Shown here piece after piece: positions 12,685-25,808 of a stretch of 64,000 nt of DNA; position 1 is the stretch's first letter; each line of letters opens with the position of its first letter. The translations under genes were made by a program, and so were the position numbers. Source of the DNA: Octopus vulgaris (lineage: Eukaryota); assembly GCA_951406725.2 (NCBI GenBank), contig OX597828.1:54126001-54190000 (forward strand), given 5' to 3'. The notes under the pieces were generated by a model. The model was not told the origin of the DNA and did no database searches. It worked only from the letters and a program-made list of their open reading frames with translations.

Positions 12685-13205
12685 GTACTTCTATGAGGTC
12701 ACCTTACCTGCTAAAAATAGCAGCTATATCTCTCCATTTAAAAAAATTTTTAAAAACCTTGCCATTTTAAAAAAGGAATGCAATATGGTGCATCTCTATA
12801 TTATTCTATATTTGAAATTAAAATGGCTAGTCGAAGCTGAAATGGTTTTCACCATAGATCTACTCAATCAGAGCAGACAAAGAGCTAAATAATAACAGCG
12901 AGGCGGCTCCCCACGTGGTTGCTTGACCTGCTAGATATAGCAGTCAAATCTTAGTCTATACTATCTTTTTTTTTTTTTAAATAAGTGGTTTTTTGCGGGG
13001 TGGGACGGGCGGAAGTCTTGCCCAATTCTAGATGTGAGCAATAAAGTGATGGTCGTGGCTGGAACACATTTGATCATAGATCTGATCAAACCTGAGATTA
13101 AGCCTCCATGCAGTCTGTCGCCCTGCTAGAAACAGTAGTCAAATCTCCCTGCTGTAATGCTTTCTGATCATGGTGCTACTCATTCGTGGCTAAACAGCAA
13201 CATTG
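12685..13205 (+). repeat. tandem cluster of old interspersed repeat family E
   Basis: About three units of ACCTGCTAGAAATAGCAGC...GGCTGGAA...GATCATAG...GCTAAACAAC; dispersed copies at about 1660, 2295-2480, 10875-11310, 15080-15260, 49965-50140. Confidence 0.55.
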
Positions 13206-13988
13206 CCATCAAAGTAAGAATGGCCAATACCACCACCACCACTACTACCATCACCACCACCACCACCACCACCATCACTGTTATAACGCTACTGCCGCCA
13301 TCACAGTCGACGGCGAACTCATATCCGTAGATCTGTAGCCAGCGGTTTGAGTCTTCATCATGATGGGGTGCCGGTGCCCTAGGTAGTTGTTCAGACTAGG
13401 GGCAATATAAAAGAGCCAGGAGGGGGGGTATTTATCGCAGGGGAGAGTTGGTGGAGGACGAGGAAGAGCGAATCGCTCTTTGCGTCTTCGACGTCTGATC
13501 TCTGCCCGTTGACGTCTGTTAACACCGACATCATTGCAACGACTCATCCACACTATCATAAATTATAATAACATTACAACTAATTATAATAACACAAATT
13601 ATAATAATATCACCAGCGTAGCACCACCACCACCACCCTCATAGCAACACTATCAAAACCGACCTGCAACACATTTCTTTGCTTAATCACCGTCAACTTG
13701 ACTTTAAACGCCACCACCAGAACAACAGTCAACACTACAATTATACCAGTACCACCACCACTAACACCATCGCCATTATCATCACCACTTCTCCGTCCGT
13801 TAACAACAAGTCGCTGGAATTGCCTGAAGCTACGGCCACATCTCACGCAATCACTTTAACAAGGAGAGATACATTGGATGTCTGCGTAAAGAAAAAACAC
13901 TGGACCGTCACGGCTGGAATGCCTTTTATCATAGTAATTATGCACAATCAGATGACCTGGTTCTAGATAACAAAAACAACAACAACCG

Positions 13989-14463
13989 TGGAGGCGCAAT
14001 GGCCCAGTGGGTAGGGCAGCGGATACGTGGTAGTAAGAACGCGGTTTCGATTCCCAGACCGGGCATTGTGAGTGTCTATTGAGCAAAAACACCTAAGCTC
14101 CTTGAGGCTCCGGCGGTGGGGAACCCCCACTGTACTCTTTCACCTCAACTTTCTCTCACTCTTTCTTCCTACTTCTGCCACAAAGCAGAGGAACCATGGT
14201 GTGGTAAACTTTCAGACCCTAGTCTAGATTGCGAATCCTCTGTACTCTAGGATGGTTCAGCTCTCCACCCGTTAAAAGCCACCGTTTATGGAATGAGGAT
14301 AACAACGTAGCTTTCATGCCTGTACAAACGCAAGTCTATCGCGTGTGGCGGGTGGATCAAGTTGCCACACGCATTCTTTGTAGCTTAGAGTAGGCTTGGA
14401 TTAGAGATTATTCTTTGTGGCTAATGGCGTGAGTCCTGATTGGGAGAAGAAGACGAAGAAGAA
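13989..14463 (+). mobile_element. tRNA-derived SINE family C, tail type 1 ending in (GAA)n
   Basis: Head TGGAGGCGCAATGGCCCAGTGG...GGTTTCGATTCC; same body and tail at 54611-55200 (-). Confidence 0.8.
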
Positions 14464-14961
14464 GAAGAATACCCTCCATCAGACATTTGTCATATCCTGA
14501 ACGCCTTACTTCCCTGGGCATGGACACATTGAAACTCCGACGTCTGGCAGCTGACTTGGCAGACACCCATAAAATTATCAACCATCTTACTAACAATAAC
14601 TCTGAGCACCTTTTCAAACTCCACCTGTCTAACACCTGTGGACATGTTTACAAAGTCAGAAAACAGCACAGCTCCCATGACTTTTGGAAACATTTTTCAC
14701 GCTAAGAGTTGCTGAAGCATGGAACAAACTGCCGGCATCAGTTGTTAGTTGTCGGAGCACTGCATCCTTCAAAACTTCCATGCTTCCTGAGATTCGCCAA
14801 CACACACCTGATTTTCTCCCCTCCATACACACACAAGCAAGTATCTGACTCATACATTGTTCGCTTTCCAGACATTTGTACATTACTGCATATACTTTAT
14901 ACGCACTTTTTGACAAGTTGTGGTGCACCTGAGCACTGTATACAATTAATTTCATTATTAT
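14464..14961 (+). mobile_element. 5'-truncated CR1-clade LINE, inserted in a (GAA)n tract
   Basis: SYPERLTSLGMDTLKLRRLAADL...GHVYKV...FFTLRVAEAWNKLP...FKT, typical CR1 ORF2 C-terminus; frameshifted. Confidence 0.8.
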
Positions 14962-15042
14962 AGAAGAAGAAGAAGAAGAAGAAGAAGAAGAAGAAGAAGA
15001 AGAAGAAGAAGAAGAAGAAGAAGAAGAAGAAGAAGAAGAAGA
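14962..15042. repeat. (GAA)n microsatellite
   Basis: Seen directly. Confidence 0.95.
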
Positions 15043-15490
15043 CAATTACGACGAGGACGAAGTGGATATTTTCTTTATTAGTCTACGTGGTTGCTTGACC
15101 CGCTAAAAATAGCAACCAAATTTTACTTGTTTTAAAAAGAAAGGACACTTGGATAGTGTTGTACTGGGTGTACTTCTTCGTTAAGTCGAAATGATCATGG
15201 TTGGAGTGTTTGATTATAGGTTTGCTCAATCAGGACCTAAAGAGTTGGGCTTAAACAACGAAAAACGAAACAAAGGGGACTGAATGTGGGTACTTCACCT
15301 TGCTAAAAATAGTAGCCAAATATCCTCCAAACATCATCCTTACTGCCTTAAAAAGGAAGGACATGTTAAATAACAAAATATATTCCACTGAACTTTTTGC
15401 ACTTCTGTTTGGTGACTGGCTAGAAATAGCAGCTAAATATCCTTTATTTCTACACGTCTCTCTCTTTGTTTGACTCTCTCTTTCTCTTTC

Positions 15491-15541
<51 letters not shown>

Positions 15542-16197
15542 AAGACAATGTGATTTGAGAAAGATTGTGGCTGCTATTTCTAATAAGTCATATGACCATA
15601 TAAAAGGATCTATAGCGGACTTATGGAATGTAAGGGAGGTAATAAAGCAACCACACAAACAAGGGAGGTAACACTTGACCGGTATAAAAGAATAGCACAA
15701 AATTGATGGAATCGATTCTAATAAATTTGCTTCATTGAACGTAGAAAAGAGAAAACTCGACATAATTTGAACAGTTCAAATGGTGGTGGTGGTGGTGGTA
15801 GTGGTGGTTCTACAATGACCAGTGTACTTTAAAAAAAAAAAGCTAGTGAAACATCAAGGATATAAGCGAGGTGAATATGGTTGAGTGTTGTTAACTAGAG
15901 TGGCAGTGTCATTGTATATTCCAGGTCAGCCCTGATCAAACAAACCTATCATTGTAAGCATTCTAGCCGTGACCATCTCGCCTCTTTTTTTTTTTTTTTT
16001 TTTTGCAAAGCTGTTGTGTATACTAACTGATGCGTTTTCTATAAGACAGTATGGCGTGATTTAATAAAATTTAAGTAACAATTTCTAGCGGTGTCTGCAC
16101 TCTGAAACTACAAGAAACTGACCATTCGGCCTCAATCTGTTCTATAAACCTGTTTCCAGCCCTTCGCCTTTTCTCGCCATCGTTAAACAACCTATTT

Positions 16198-16341
16198 GGA
16201 TCTTTTCGCTTTGACCGGCAGATTTTTAAAATAATTTCCACGTAACTAAAAAATTTTAAACTTCGTATACTGGTAGAATGTGTTTATAAAACATCTTTTT
16301 CTCTTGGCTTTCTTGAGAAAATTCTGTAGTTTTTAAGATAT
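16198..16341 (+). mobile_element. one-ended copy of the GGATC-TIR MITE family
   Basis: Left TIR GGATCTTTTCGCTTTGACCGGCAG; flanked by ACCTATTT at 16190-16197 and 16342-16349. Confidence 0.7.
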
Positions 16342-16883
16342 ACCTATTTTGTTTGAACTTAAAGGCATTATTGTCAGATGAAAACATGCTCATCGCTAAT
16401 GAAGGGTGGGTACATTAGACGGGACTGCTCCTTTACAAATCAATGTTACACCCTCAGATCTATAGTGATAGACTTATTATTTATCCCCTTTAACATTATT
16501 AAGAATTAGTGCCCACCCAGAATATTCTGAAGCACCCCCAGGCACCAATGTCTGGTGAGGGACCTGGATGGAAAAGCATTCAGTTGAATGAGCTAATCAT
16601 GTTGTATTACTGGTATTGTCTTTATTATCACTCAGGTGGATAAAGAGCGAGGTGAGAACCATTTGTTCTTTGTAGTTTTAAACTGGGAAGATTTCACGCG
16701 AATCACCATAGCAAATATTGCCAAACTTTCATTCAAGAAATCTGCAGTGTTATGCCATCCCCACCTACCCACTATATAAGGGTGGTGTAAAATGGTAGAT
16801 TTCTATTATGAATATATTCATATCTAAGAAGTTACTAGGTAAATGGTGGAATTTTCTTCAATTATAATTCCATTCCTATTTAT

Positions 16884-17370
16884 ATAATATTATGAAATTA
16901 TTGTATACAGTGCTCAGGTGCACCACAACTTGCCAAAAGTGCATATAAAGTATATACAGTAATGTACAAATGTCTGGAAAGCGAACAGTGTTTGAATCAG
17001 ATACATGCTTGCGTGTGTATGGAGGGGGGGGGGGGAATCAGGTGTAGTGTTGGTGAATCTCAGGAAGCATGGAAGTTTTGAAAGATTCAGTGCTCCGACA
17101 ACTAAGAACTGATGCTGGCAGTCTGTTCCATGCTTCAGCAACTCTTAGCGTGAAAAAGTGTTTCCGAAAGTCATGGGAGCTGTGTTGTTTTCTGACTTTG
17201 TAAACATGTCCACTGGTGTTAGACAGGTGGAGTTTGAAAAGGTGCTCAGAGTTATTGTTAGTAAGATGGTTGATAATTTTATGGGTGTCTGCCAAGTCAG
17301 CTGCCAGATGGCGGAGTTTCAATGTGTCCATGCCCAGGGAAGAAAGGCGTTCAGAATATGGCAAATATGG
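16884..17370 (-). mobile_element. 5'-truncated CR1-clade LINE
   Basis: ORF 17038-17373 nearly identical to the copy at 14464-14961. Confidence 0.8.
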
Positions 17371-18870
17371 CAAGACTGATAAAATAAGTACTGGGCTTAT
17401 AAAGAATAAGTCCTGGGGTTGGTTTCTTCATCTAAACCCTTTCAGGTGGTATTTGGTATTTGGGCTGTATTACAGGAACATAAATCTACACTCGGTATTT
17501 CGCTGGTGCTTTTCATTTCATCAAACCCAGAAAGATGAAAATCAACAAATTTTGGTGAGATTTGATCTCGGGACAGTCTGTCCGATGCAGAACTGATTCT
17601 ACCACTTCATCACTTGATCGTTCGTCTATTTAATCAATCCTAGGTCTTGACTACTGGTGCGAAATAAACTGACTTTAACTGAGTCTCAACTCAAAACACT
17701 CTGCTACATCTGTCCCTCTACCATATATGCTACAAGAATGAATTGGATGAGATGAGCATGGAGTGAGCCCCCCCCCCCCACCTCTTATGACTCATCTCTC
17801 AGCCTTTGCTCAAATCTACATTGAACTAAACATAAAATATTTTCTTATTTCTCTTGCGCCACTCATTTTTGTGAAGGACACCGGAATCGTTATAGCGTTG
17901 GATAATCCTACTGAGATCAGCTTTGTCTTACTCTTCTGGAGATAATAAAATAAGTACCAGTTGTAAGAGTTAGCACTTCCTTCTCTAAGCTTAGATTCGA
18001 AATCGAATCCAAGAATCATCGGTCGTCATAAACCAATGCATGTATAGGCGCGAAATTTAAAGATCCTTTGTTCTGTCAAAAAGTGATTGATCATCTCCCT
18101 TTGACCTACGACCTGGGCCATGTCAGGCGAAGTTCAACTGGACACGCGTTGACCTACTTAGTATGTCCATCTGTTGCAATATGTCTATCTTTCTAGCTGT
18201 TTGAAATATTATAAATACAAAGGGAAAAACAGAGAAAGACACACAATCGGCGCTGACACAGCAGCAGACACCCCGCGTTTTGGAGACGACTAGAGAAATG
18301 CCTACAGGCTACTGTTCTGAATGATTCACGCACACACCCACACACACACAAACATATTCATCTTTAATATGTGTTCTGTACAAGCAATGCGTAGCATTTG
18401 CTTACATTTTTATGTAGTGAACTTATAACCCATGGAAATAAATCCCTTTTTAATCATGAAACAGTTTATGTATTTATTTACGCACACACACATCCACTAC
18501 ACAGTTATGGGGATTGAATTAATCTACTCTACCACTGATGTTTTGTCTAAGAGAAAGACAAAGTCGTCACATCTTTATACCAGGGTCGACGCAGACGTTG
18601 CTGTGTGAAGCACAAACAACCGGAACAGATCCCACGATGCATTTCGCCCGACATTCCAACAGTTCAGCTAATTTGTACTTTGACCCCGAAAAGATGGTAG
18701 GTAAATTGACTGCAGTGGGATTTGAGCTGAAAAGGCAGAGATCTAGCCATTCCATCCGATGTTGTGATGACTCTGTCTGTTCGGGCCCCTTTACCAGAAC
18801 TAAGGTTTTAGAATTTAGTAAGGCCAAAGAAACAAAAATATAAATGAGGGATAAACGTTATAGCTTAACC

Positions 18871-19060
18871 CATTGCTTTTCAAACATTTTTGCTGGAGCG
18901 GAACCCCATGGAAACATTCCACTGGCTCGAGGAACCCCTGAGTAATAATTTAATAGTCTTCTGCACAGGAGAATTAAAAATCACTACCGATTTTAGCAGT
19001 TTTGTAACTTCTTGCGGAACCCCTGGACTGTATTGGCGGAACCCTGGTTGAAAACCACTG
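18871..19060. mobile_element. hAT (Charlie-like) MITE
   Basis: TIRs CATTGCTTTTCAAAC / GGTTGAAAACCACTG; 8-bp TSD GCTTAACC/GCTTAACA; internal GGAACCC repeats. Confidence 0.75.
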
Positions 19061-19984
19061 GCTTAACACCAGATTACCTCTTATGAAACACATCGGAAAG
19101 ATCAAAAGCCATTCCACACACACGAGTAACTTATCGTTTCTTGCATAGTTTTTTTTTTTAATCTTTTGTCATAATGTATCTAGGTCATTTCATTTAAAAA
19201 CAATGCGGTACGATGAAGTGATTTTGAGGGAGATTTGGTAGTTATTTTTAGCAGTTTCAAAATACAAAATACGTTGCTTTAGTAATACAAACTTGTTACC
19301 AGTTCACATATGCCTGAGGTATATTCGAGCCCGTTTATTTGAACTGATAACAAGTTTGTATCTATACACATTACTGCTTAGCGCTCTCAAACCGTATTAT
19401 AAAGCATCTGATTGTCTAGAACAAACCACCAACATCTCTACTACCACCACCATCTCTACTACCACCACCACTACCACCACCATCACGACTACACCAAGTT
19501 GTTTTCGTAATGAAGACGAATATTTGGTATTAAAATGTCGTCTAAATGTCATCACCTTTTCGCCCTCGATATGACTGCCATCTGGAGGCGAAATAACAGA
19601 ACATTACTTCCGCTTACAAATAATTCTTGGCTGATTTCTTTTCATCCTACAATCACCGATGAATAGAAGTTTTGCTGTTAAAATAGCCGCAGATGTCGAC
19701 AGCGACCGTGAAGCCATCACATACTTGTCTAACATTTCGTTATAAAAATGTCGACGCCATTCAGACATTTTAAAAACAGACACTGTATCTCATTGCCTGA
19801 CTGAACTTGATATTTTTCTGGGTTGAGTCAGAGGAAGGCCAGCAGTCTCATCGTGTCGGTTGTAACACTGAAATAGCTGCTGAATACGAATTTAAACGTC
19901 TAATGTTTTTTTACATCTGATTCCACCACACTTTTCACAAACATTCAACGAAAGACAAATCCGTTAGGTTTTTTTTTAATCTCC

Positions 19985-20654
19985 GGATCTTTTCACTTTG
20001 ACCGGCAGATTTAAAAAATAATTTCTTTGTAACTAAACACTTTTAAACTTCGTATACTAGTAGGATGTGTTACATAAAACATCTTTTCCTCTTGGTTTTC
20101 TTGAGAAAATTCTGTAGTTTGTAAGCTATTTGTTGTTAAATTTCTTGCATTTCGGCAATTTCAACCAATCAATGACGTCTATTGAGGTGAATACAATTTC
20201 TGCTGTTGTTTGTCAACAACAACTTCCTGCGGTCTCTATTTAGTTTGTCACTGTTATTTATGACATATTTCATATCAATCACGTTCGTATGAATAAAAGA
20301 TCGTGGGGTTAGGGCTAGGGTTAGGGGTGGGGGGAAGGGTTTCTTTTTTCTTCAGAAATGTAAATAAACGCAGGTGGGTTTATAAGTGACGGCTACACCG
20401 CCGGACGTTCTTGTTCAACTTGTTGACAAACAACAGCAGAAATTGTATTCACCTCAATAGACGTCAGTGATTGGTTGAAATTGCCGAAATGCAAGAAATT
20501 TAACAACACAAAGCTTACAAGCTACAGAATTTTCTCAAGAAAGCCAAGAGAAAATGATGTTTTATGTAACACATTCTACTAGTATACGAAGTTTAAAAGT
20601 GTTTAGTTACAAAGAAGTTATTTTAAAAATCTGCCATTCAAAGTGAAAAGATCC
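19985..20654. mobile_element. fold-back derivative of the GGATC-TIR MITE family
   Basis: Arms 19985-20219 and 20420-20654 are reverse complements; internal TTAGGG-like tract; no TSD seen. Confidence 0.8.
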
Positions 20655-20815
20655 CAGTTTTGTTATCCAGCTCTGTTTACGAGTGACCCCCTCACTAGCA
20701 GACATTGATCTGATGATCTTCAAACTGAACATCAACCGCATTATTCTCAATAGTGTGGGTGGATATTCATGGGCCGGGGACAATACTTTTCCTCTTCGGA
20801 CTAACGTATAAACAC

Positions 20816-20850
<35 letters not shown>

Positions 20851-21002
20851 CACACACGAACGCACACACGAACGCACACACACACACGTACGCACACACA
20901 CATTCAAACGTTGTGATTATTTAGATCTAGATGGCCTTGTGTTACTGTCTGTTTTCTCCTAAATTTTTGCGGCCCTTGTGGTCAGAAAAGAGATTATTAT
21001 TA

Positions 21003-21058
<56 letters not shown>

Positions 21059-21178
21059 TCGGGGTCGATAAATTTAGTACCAGTGAAACACTCTGGTCAA
21101 TATAATCGACTAGTCCCCTACCAGTAAATTTGAGGCCTTGTATCTCTAGTAGAAAGGATCATCATCATCATCATCATC

Positions 21179-21216
<38 letters not shown>

Positions 21217-21217
21217 T

Positions 21218-21420
21218 GCAGAATTGTTAGCACGCCGGGCAAAATGCTTTGCGGCATTTCGTCCGTCTTTACGTTCTGAGTTCAAATTCCACCGAGGTCG
21301 ACTTTGTCATTCATCCTTTCAGGGTCGATAAATTAAATAAAGGTGAAGCACTGGGGTCGATGCAATCGACCAGGCCCTCTCCCCCAAATTTCAGGCTTTG
21401 TGCCTATAATAGAAAGGATT
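21218..21420 (+). mobile_element. SINE family B (alternative tail)
   Basis: GCAGAATTGTTAGCACGCCGGG head, GAGTTCAAATTCC, GTCGACTTTG..TTCATCCTTTC.GGGTCGATAAA domain. Confidence 0.75.
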
Positions 21421-21736
21421 ATTATTGTTGTTGTTGTTATTACCTAGATCTGGAATGAAAACTTGTGCTTACTATGGGCCTTCAAAAATACTGACGAAAT
21501 TCATGCCGTTAATTTTTTCGCTTAAACTAAGATCTGAGGTGGGAGTTAATTCCAGACAAATGAAACTTCTGGGGAAGAAGGATTGGGAGGGGGCGGTTAG
21601 AGTAGGATGTGGAGATGGGGAGTCAGATACAGCATGGGAAATGGGAAAGAAACAAATGAGTATAGAGAGTCATGCGAAGAGAGGGTTCGAAAGCAGCCAT
21701 TCCGAGAGTCGGAAACCATTGTTTGTTGTTGTAACT

Positions 21737-21788
<52 letters not shown>

Positions 21789-21892
21789 CAGTAGCAGCAG
21801 CAGCAGTAGTAGTAGTAGTAGCAGCAGTAGTAGTAGTAGCAGCAGCAGCAGCAGCAACAGTAGTAGTAGTAGTAGTAGTAGTAGTAGCAGCT

Positions 21893-21947
<55 letters not shown>

Positions 21948-21949
21948 CT

Positions 21950-21983
<34 letters not shown>

Positions 21984-22003
21984 CTGTAGTAGTAGTAGCA
22001 GCT

Positions 22004-22039
<36 letters not shown>
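21737..22039. repeat. (GTA)n/(GCA)n compound microsatellite
   Basis: Seen directly. Confidence 0.95.
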
Positions 22040-22537
22040 TAAAGGGCAGAGAGAGAAGACGCAGCCGGTGTGTGTGTCTGTGAGAAATTTCATATCAATC
22101 AGTCGCAAAAGACCATTCTCTGGCTGAATCCCAGAATGTCTGTGTGTCACAGCGACATGGTACTGTGTTCCTCACTTGAGTTTTAGAGAATACTGGTGGT
22201 TATCGAGGGTCTGGAGTAGGTACAGTGTATCAAAAGCCACACTATTTAATATATCTTCCGCTTGTGGTTTACGAGGTGTTGGAGATTTTGACTGCTATTT
22301 CTAGCAAGTTGATCAATCCTTGGTTAGTTCGGAATGATGAAGTAGAAAGGAGCACATTTGGGCTTTTTTTGTTTTTATGATTACCTCCCTTGAACTATAC
22401 CTGAAACTAAAATATCTTATTCTCACCTTGAACCACACCTGTCTGTTCACTAATGAGTTTTTAACAATTGTAAGATCACAATTTTATATTTCTGCTGATA
22501 TGTAACAACGCACGTGTATGCGCGGGCGCGTGTTTGT

Positions 22538-22573
<36 letters not shown>

Positions 22574-22651
22574 AATAATTGTTCTCATATTTTCTGTAGG
22601 TTTGTATGTGTGTGTGTACGTGTATAAATGTTCGCTTTCTCTATATATATA

Positions 22652-22862
22652 CTCTTTTACTTGTTTCAGTCATGTGACTGTGGCCATGCTGGAGCACCGC
22701 CTTTAGTCGAGCAAATCGACTTCAGGACTTATTCTTTGTAAGCCTAGTATTTATTCTATCGGTCTTTTTTGCCGAACCGCTAAGTTACGGGGACGTAAAC
22801 ACACTAGCATCGGTTGTCAGGCGATGTTGGGGGGACAAACACAGACATATACACTCCTCCCC

Positions 22863-22909
<47 letters not shown>

Positions 22910-23082
22910 CATATATACATATATACGACAGGCTTCTTTCAGTTTCCGTCTACCAAATCCACTTTCAAGGCCTTGGTCGGCCCGAGGCTATAGTAGAAGA
23001 CACTTGACCAAGGTGCCACGCAGTGGGACTGAACCCGGAACCATGTGGTTGGTAGGCAAGCTACTTACCAACAGCCACTCCT
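22652..23082 (-). mobile_element. SINE family A
   Basis: Full-length reverse-complement copy. Confidence 0.85.
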
Positions 23083-23466
23083 ATATATATGTGTGTGTGT
23101 ATGTATGTGTGTACGTGTGTAATGTGTGTATGTGTGTGTGCGTGTGTGTGTAAAAGTTACCTCAAGCCATGTTTAAATTAATAACACCTGATAATGTATG
23201 TATACTTACATATTCACACACACACACACACTCACACGAACACATACACACATTATCATCATTATAATTGTTGTTGTTATTGTTGTTAGAGCAGTGGTGG
23301 TTGGCGGAATAGTTTCACCAGCGGAAAAAAAATCCTTGTGTTCTGAGTTCAAATCCGGTTGAAACCAACCTTTGCCATCCTTTTCTTCAGAGTCGATAAT
23401 ATATCGAAGTAGAGAAGTACTGGATCAATGGTTTCAACTAAACCATTTCAATTAAACTAAAGAAAA

Positions 23467-23698
23467 AAGCGGTGAACTGGCAGAAACGTTAGCACGCCGG
23501 GCGAAATGCGTAGCCGTATTTCGTCTGCCGCTACGTTTCGAGTTCAAATTCCACCGAGGTCGTCTTTGCCTTTCATCCTTTAGGGGTCGATTAAATAACT
23601 ACCAGTTACGCACTGGGGTCGATATAATCGACTTAATCCGTTTGTCTGTCCTTGTTTGTCCCCTCTATGTTTAGCCCCTTGTGGGTAGTAAAAAATAG
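23467..23698 (+). mobile_element. tRNA-derived SINE family B, full length, Meta/MESC-like central domain
   Basis: A/B boxes; GTCG(A/T)CTTTGCCTTTCATCCTTT.GGGGTCGAT..A...ACCAG central domain (resemblance to Meta domain from memory); tail CCCCTTGTGGGTAGTAAA. Confidence 0.8.
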
Positions 23699-23754
23699 GT
23701 TTCAACTAAACTCTCTTCTTAAAATTGCTGACCGTCAGCCAAAATAATTATAAT

Positions 23755-23982
23755 CTATTTCTTTACTACCCACAAGGGGCTAAACACAGAGGGGACAAAC
23801 AAGGACAGACAAACGGATTAATTCGATTACATCGACCCCAGTGCGTAACTGGTACTTATTTAATCGACCCCGAAAGGATGAAAGGCAAAGACGACCTCGG
23901 CGGAATTTGAACTCAGAACGTAACGGCAGACGAAATACCTCTAAGCATTTCGCCCGGCATGCTAACGATTCTGCCAGCTCGT
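23755..23982 (-). mobile_element. SINE family B
   Basis: Reverse complement of 23467-23698. Confidence 0.85.
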
Positions 23983-24061
23983 TCAAAATAATCATAATCG
24001 TTATTGTGATTATATTTCATGGCACAGAGTGGATATGAAGTATTTCTTTTGTCGTGTATTT

Positions 24062-24175
24062 CCCTCCGGGGCTTTGGACAGAAAGTACCGTTCGAAGAAA
24101 ATTAGGCGTTTCAAGAGGAGCAGACTTTTGGAGCACTCGCTTGTCTGTCTTGATGTTTAACTGTTCTAAATAGTA
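24062..24175 (-). mobile_element. R4/Dong-like LINE C-terminal remnant
   Basis: YLEQLNIKTDKRVLQKSAPLETPNFLRTVLSV resembles the IQKIALLGTAHILRRTLS terminus at 52603-52784. Confidence 0.5.
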
Positions 24176-24179
24176 GAAT

Positions 24180-24590
24180 AGGCACAGGAGTGGCTGTGTG
24201 GTAAGTAGCTTGCTTACCAACCACATGGTTCCGGGTTCAGTCCCACTGCGTGGCATCTTGGGCAGATGTCTTCTGCTATAGCCCCGGGCCGACCAATGCC
24301 TTGTGAGTGGATTTGGTAGACGGAAACTGAAAGAAGCCTGTCGTATATATGTATATATATATATGTGTGTGTGTTTGTGTGTCTGTGTTTGTCCCCCTAG
24401 CATTGCTTGACAACCGATGCTGGTGTGTTTATGTCCCCGTCCCCTAGCGGTTCGGCAAAACAGACCGATAGAATAAGTACTGGGCTTACAAAGAATAAGT
24501 CCCGGGGTCGAATTGCTCGACTAAAGGCGGTGCTCCAGCATGGCCGCAGTCAAATGACTGAAACAAGTAAAAGAGAGTAAAGAGAGTATA
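24180..24590 (+). mobile_element. SINE family A
   Basis: Full-length copy. Confidence 0.85.
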
Positions 24591-24978
24591 GTAAGATATT
24601 TTTGAAGGAGTGGAGCCACGAATGACTGAAACATGTAAAAGAATAAAAGATACTCTACACTGTCTTAATTGCTTTCTTTTAGAAGATACATGCTCGAAAC
24701 TAATCAATAAGCGGCTTTCTTTATAAGAGAGTAGAGTTTATCCGAGACGCTACAGTGAGTCATGCACTTAGAGTTTAGTGCCAATGTCCTAATCAAAGTG
24801 CATTAGCAGAGTCACTGTAGCCCCTCAGCTACAATTTGAAAATATGAATATTCTGCTTTATATGCTGAATTCTATTTCTCTAGTTTGTAGAACTAAGCAT
24901 ATATATACATGCATATACATACATTTAAACATACATGCATACGTCTATACCCCACCGCACATAAAAATACATACATAC

Positions 24979-25119
<141 letters not shown>

Positions 25120-25188
25120 ACCGCGTGTGTACCGTTGGCCAAATGTTTTCCCTCTGTCTTCCCTTCTCTGGATCTTTCATTCTCCTAT

Positions 25189-25223
25189 GTTTCTGACGAA
25201 GAGCTCCGCTCGAAACGCTAAAC
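25189..25223 (+). ncRNA. minimal hammerhead motif, probably inactivated, in an element (about 25118-25303) flanked by (TA)n(TG)n
   Basis: GUUU-CUGACGA-A-GAGC-UCC-GCUC-GAAA-CG-CU-AAAC; U16.1 position is C. Confidence 0.65.
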
Positions 25224-25299
25224 CCTCCTTCTTTCCTGAGTGTCCAATAATACTATATTTGTTCCACGTCCTCGCGTGGTTGTGTTTTCATGTTTGGAT

Positions 25300-25379
<80 letters not shown>

Positions 25380-25380
<1 letters not shown>

Positions 25381-25770
25381 ATTCTTTAAGAGACGACGAT
25401 ACTCGATATTTAATAGGAAATAACTCCTGCCAGCCTAACTTTAAGACCATCAGCCCACGCGGTTTCGATCTGTATTGAATCTCCTCGGTGGTAGAAACTC
25501 GTTGCCAGGCATGGCAGCAGTTTAACCTCACTTGCAATATATAAAAAAATACAGTGTAATACAATCACTGATTCTGCAACTAGGAAACTAGTCCGTTAGA
25601 AAATCTATGTTCGAGATAGAAACAGTAGACTAATCAACAAGTATTGCTTTTGGTCATTTTAATGTGGCTGTCTTCTAAGAGACGACAATACTGCCATTTA
25701 ATCCTAGGAAAGGATTGCCTCCAGCCGGTCTATTCAGTGCGCTTGTCGCACCCACTATTTATTGCAAGCG
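25380..25770 (-). mobile_element. retrozyme/Penelope-LTR-like unit with degenerate hammerhead and terminal direct repeats
   Basis: CCA-CCGAGGA-GAUU..GAUC-GAAAC..UGG at 25491-25455; diverged direct repeats 25383-25435 and 25671-25726; microsatellites both sides. Confidence 0.45.
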
Positions 25771-25773
25771 GGT

Positions 25774-25808
<35 letters not shown>

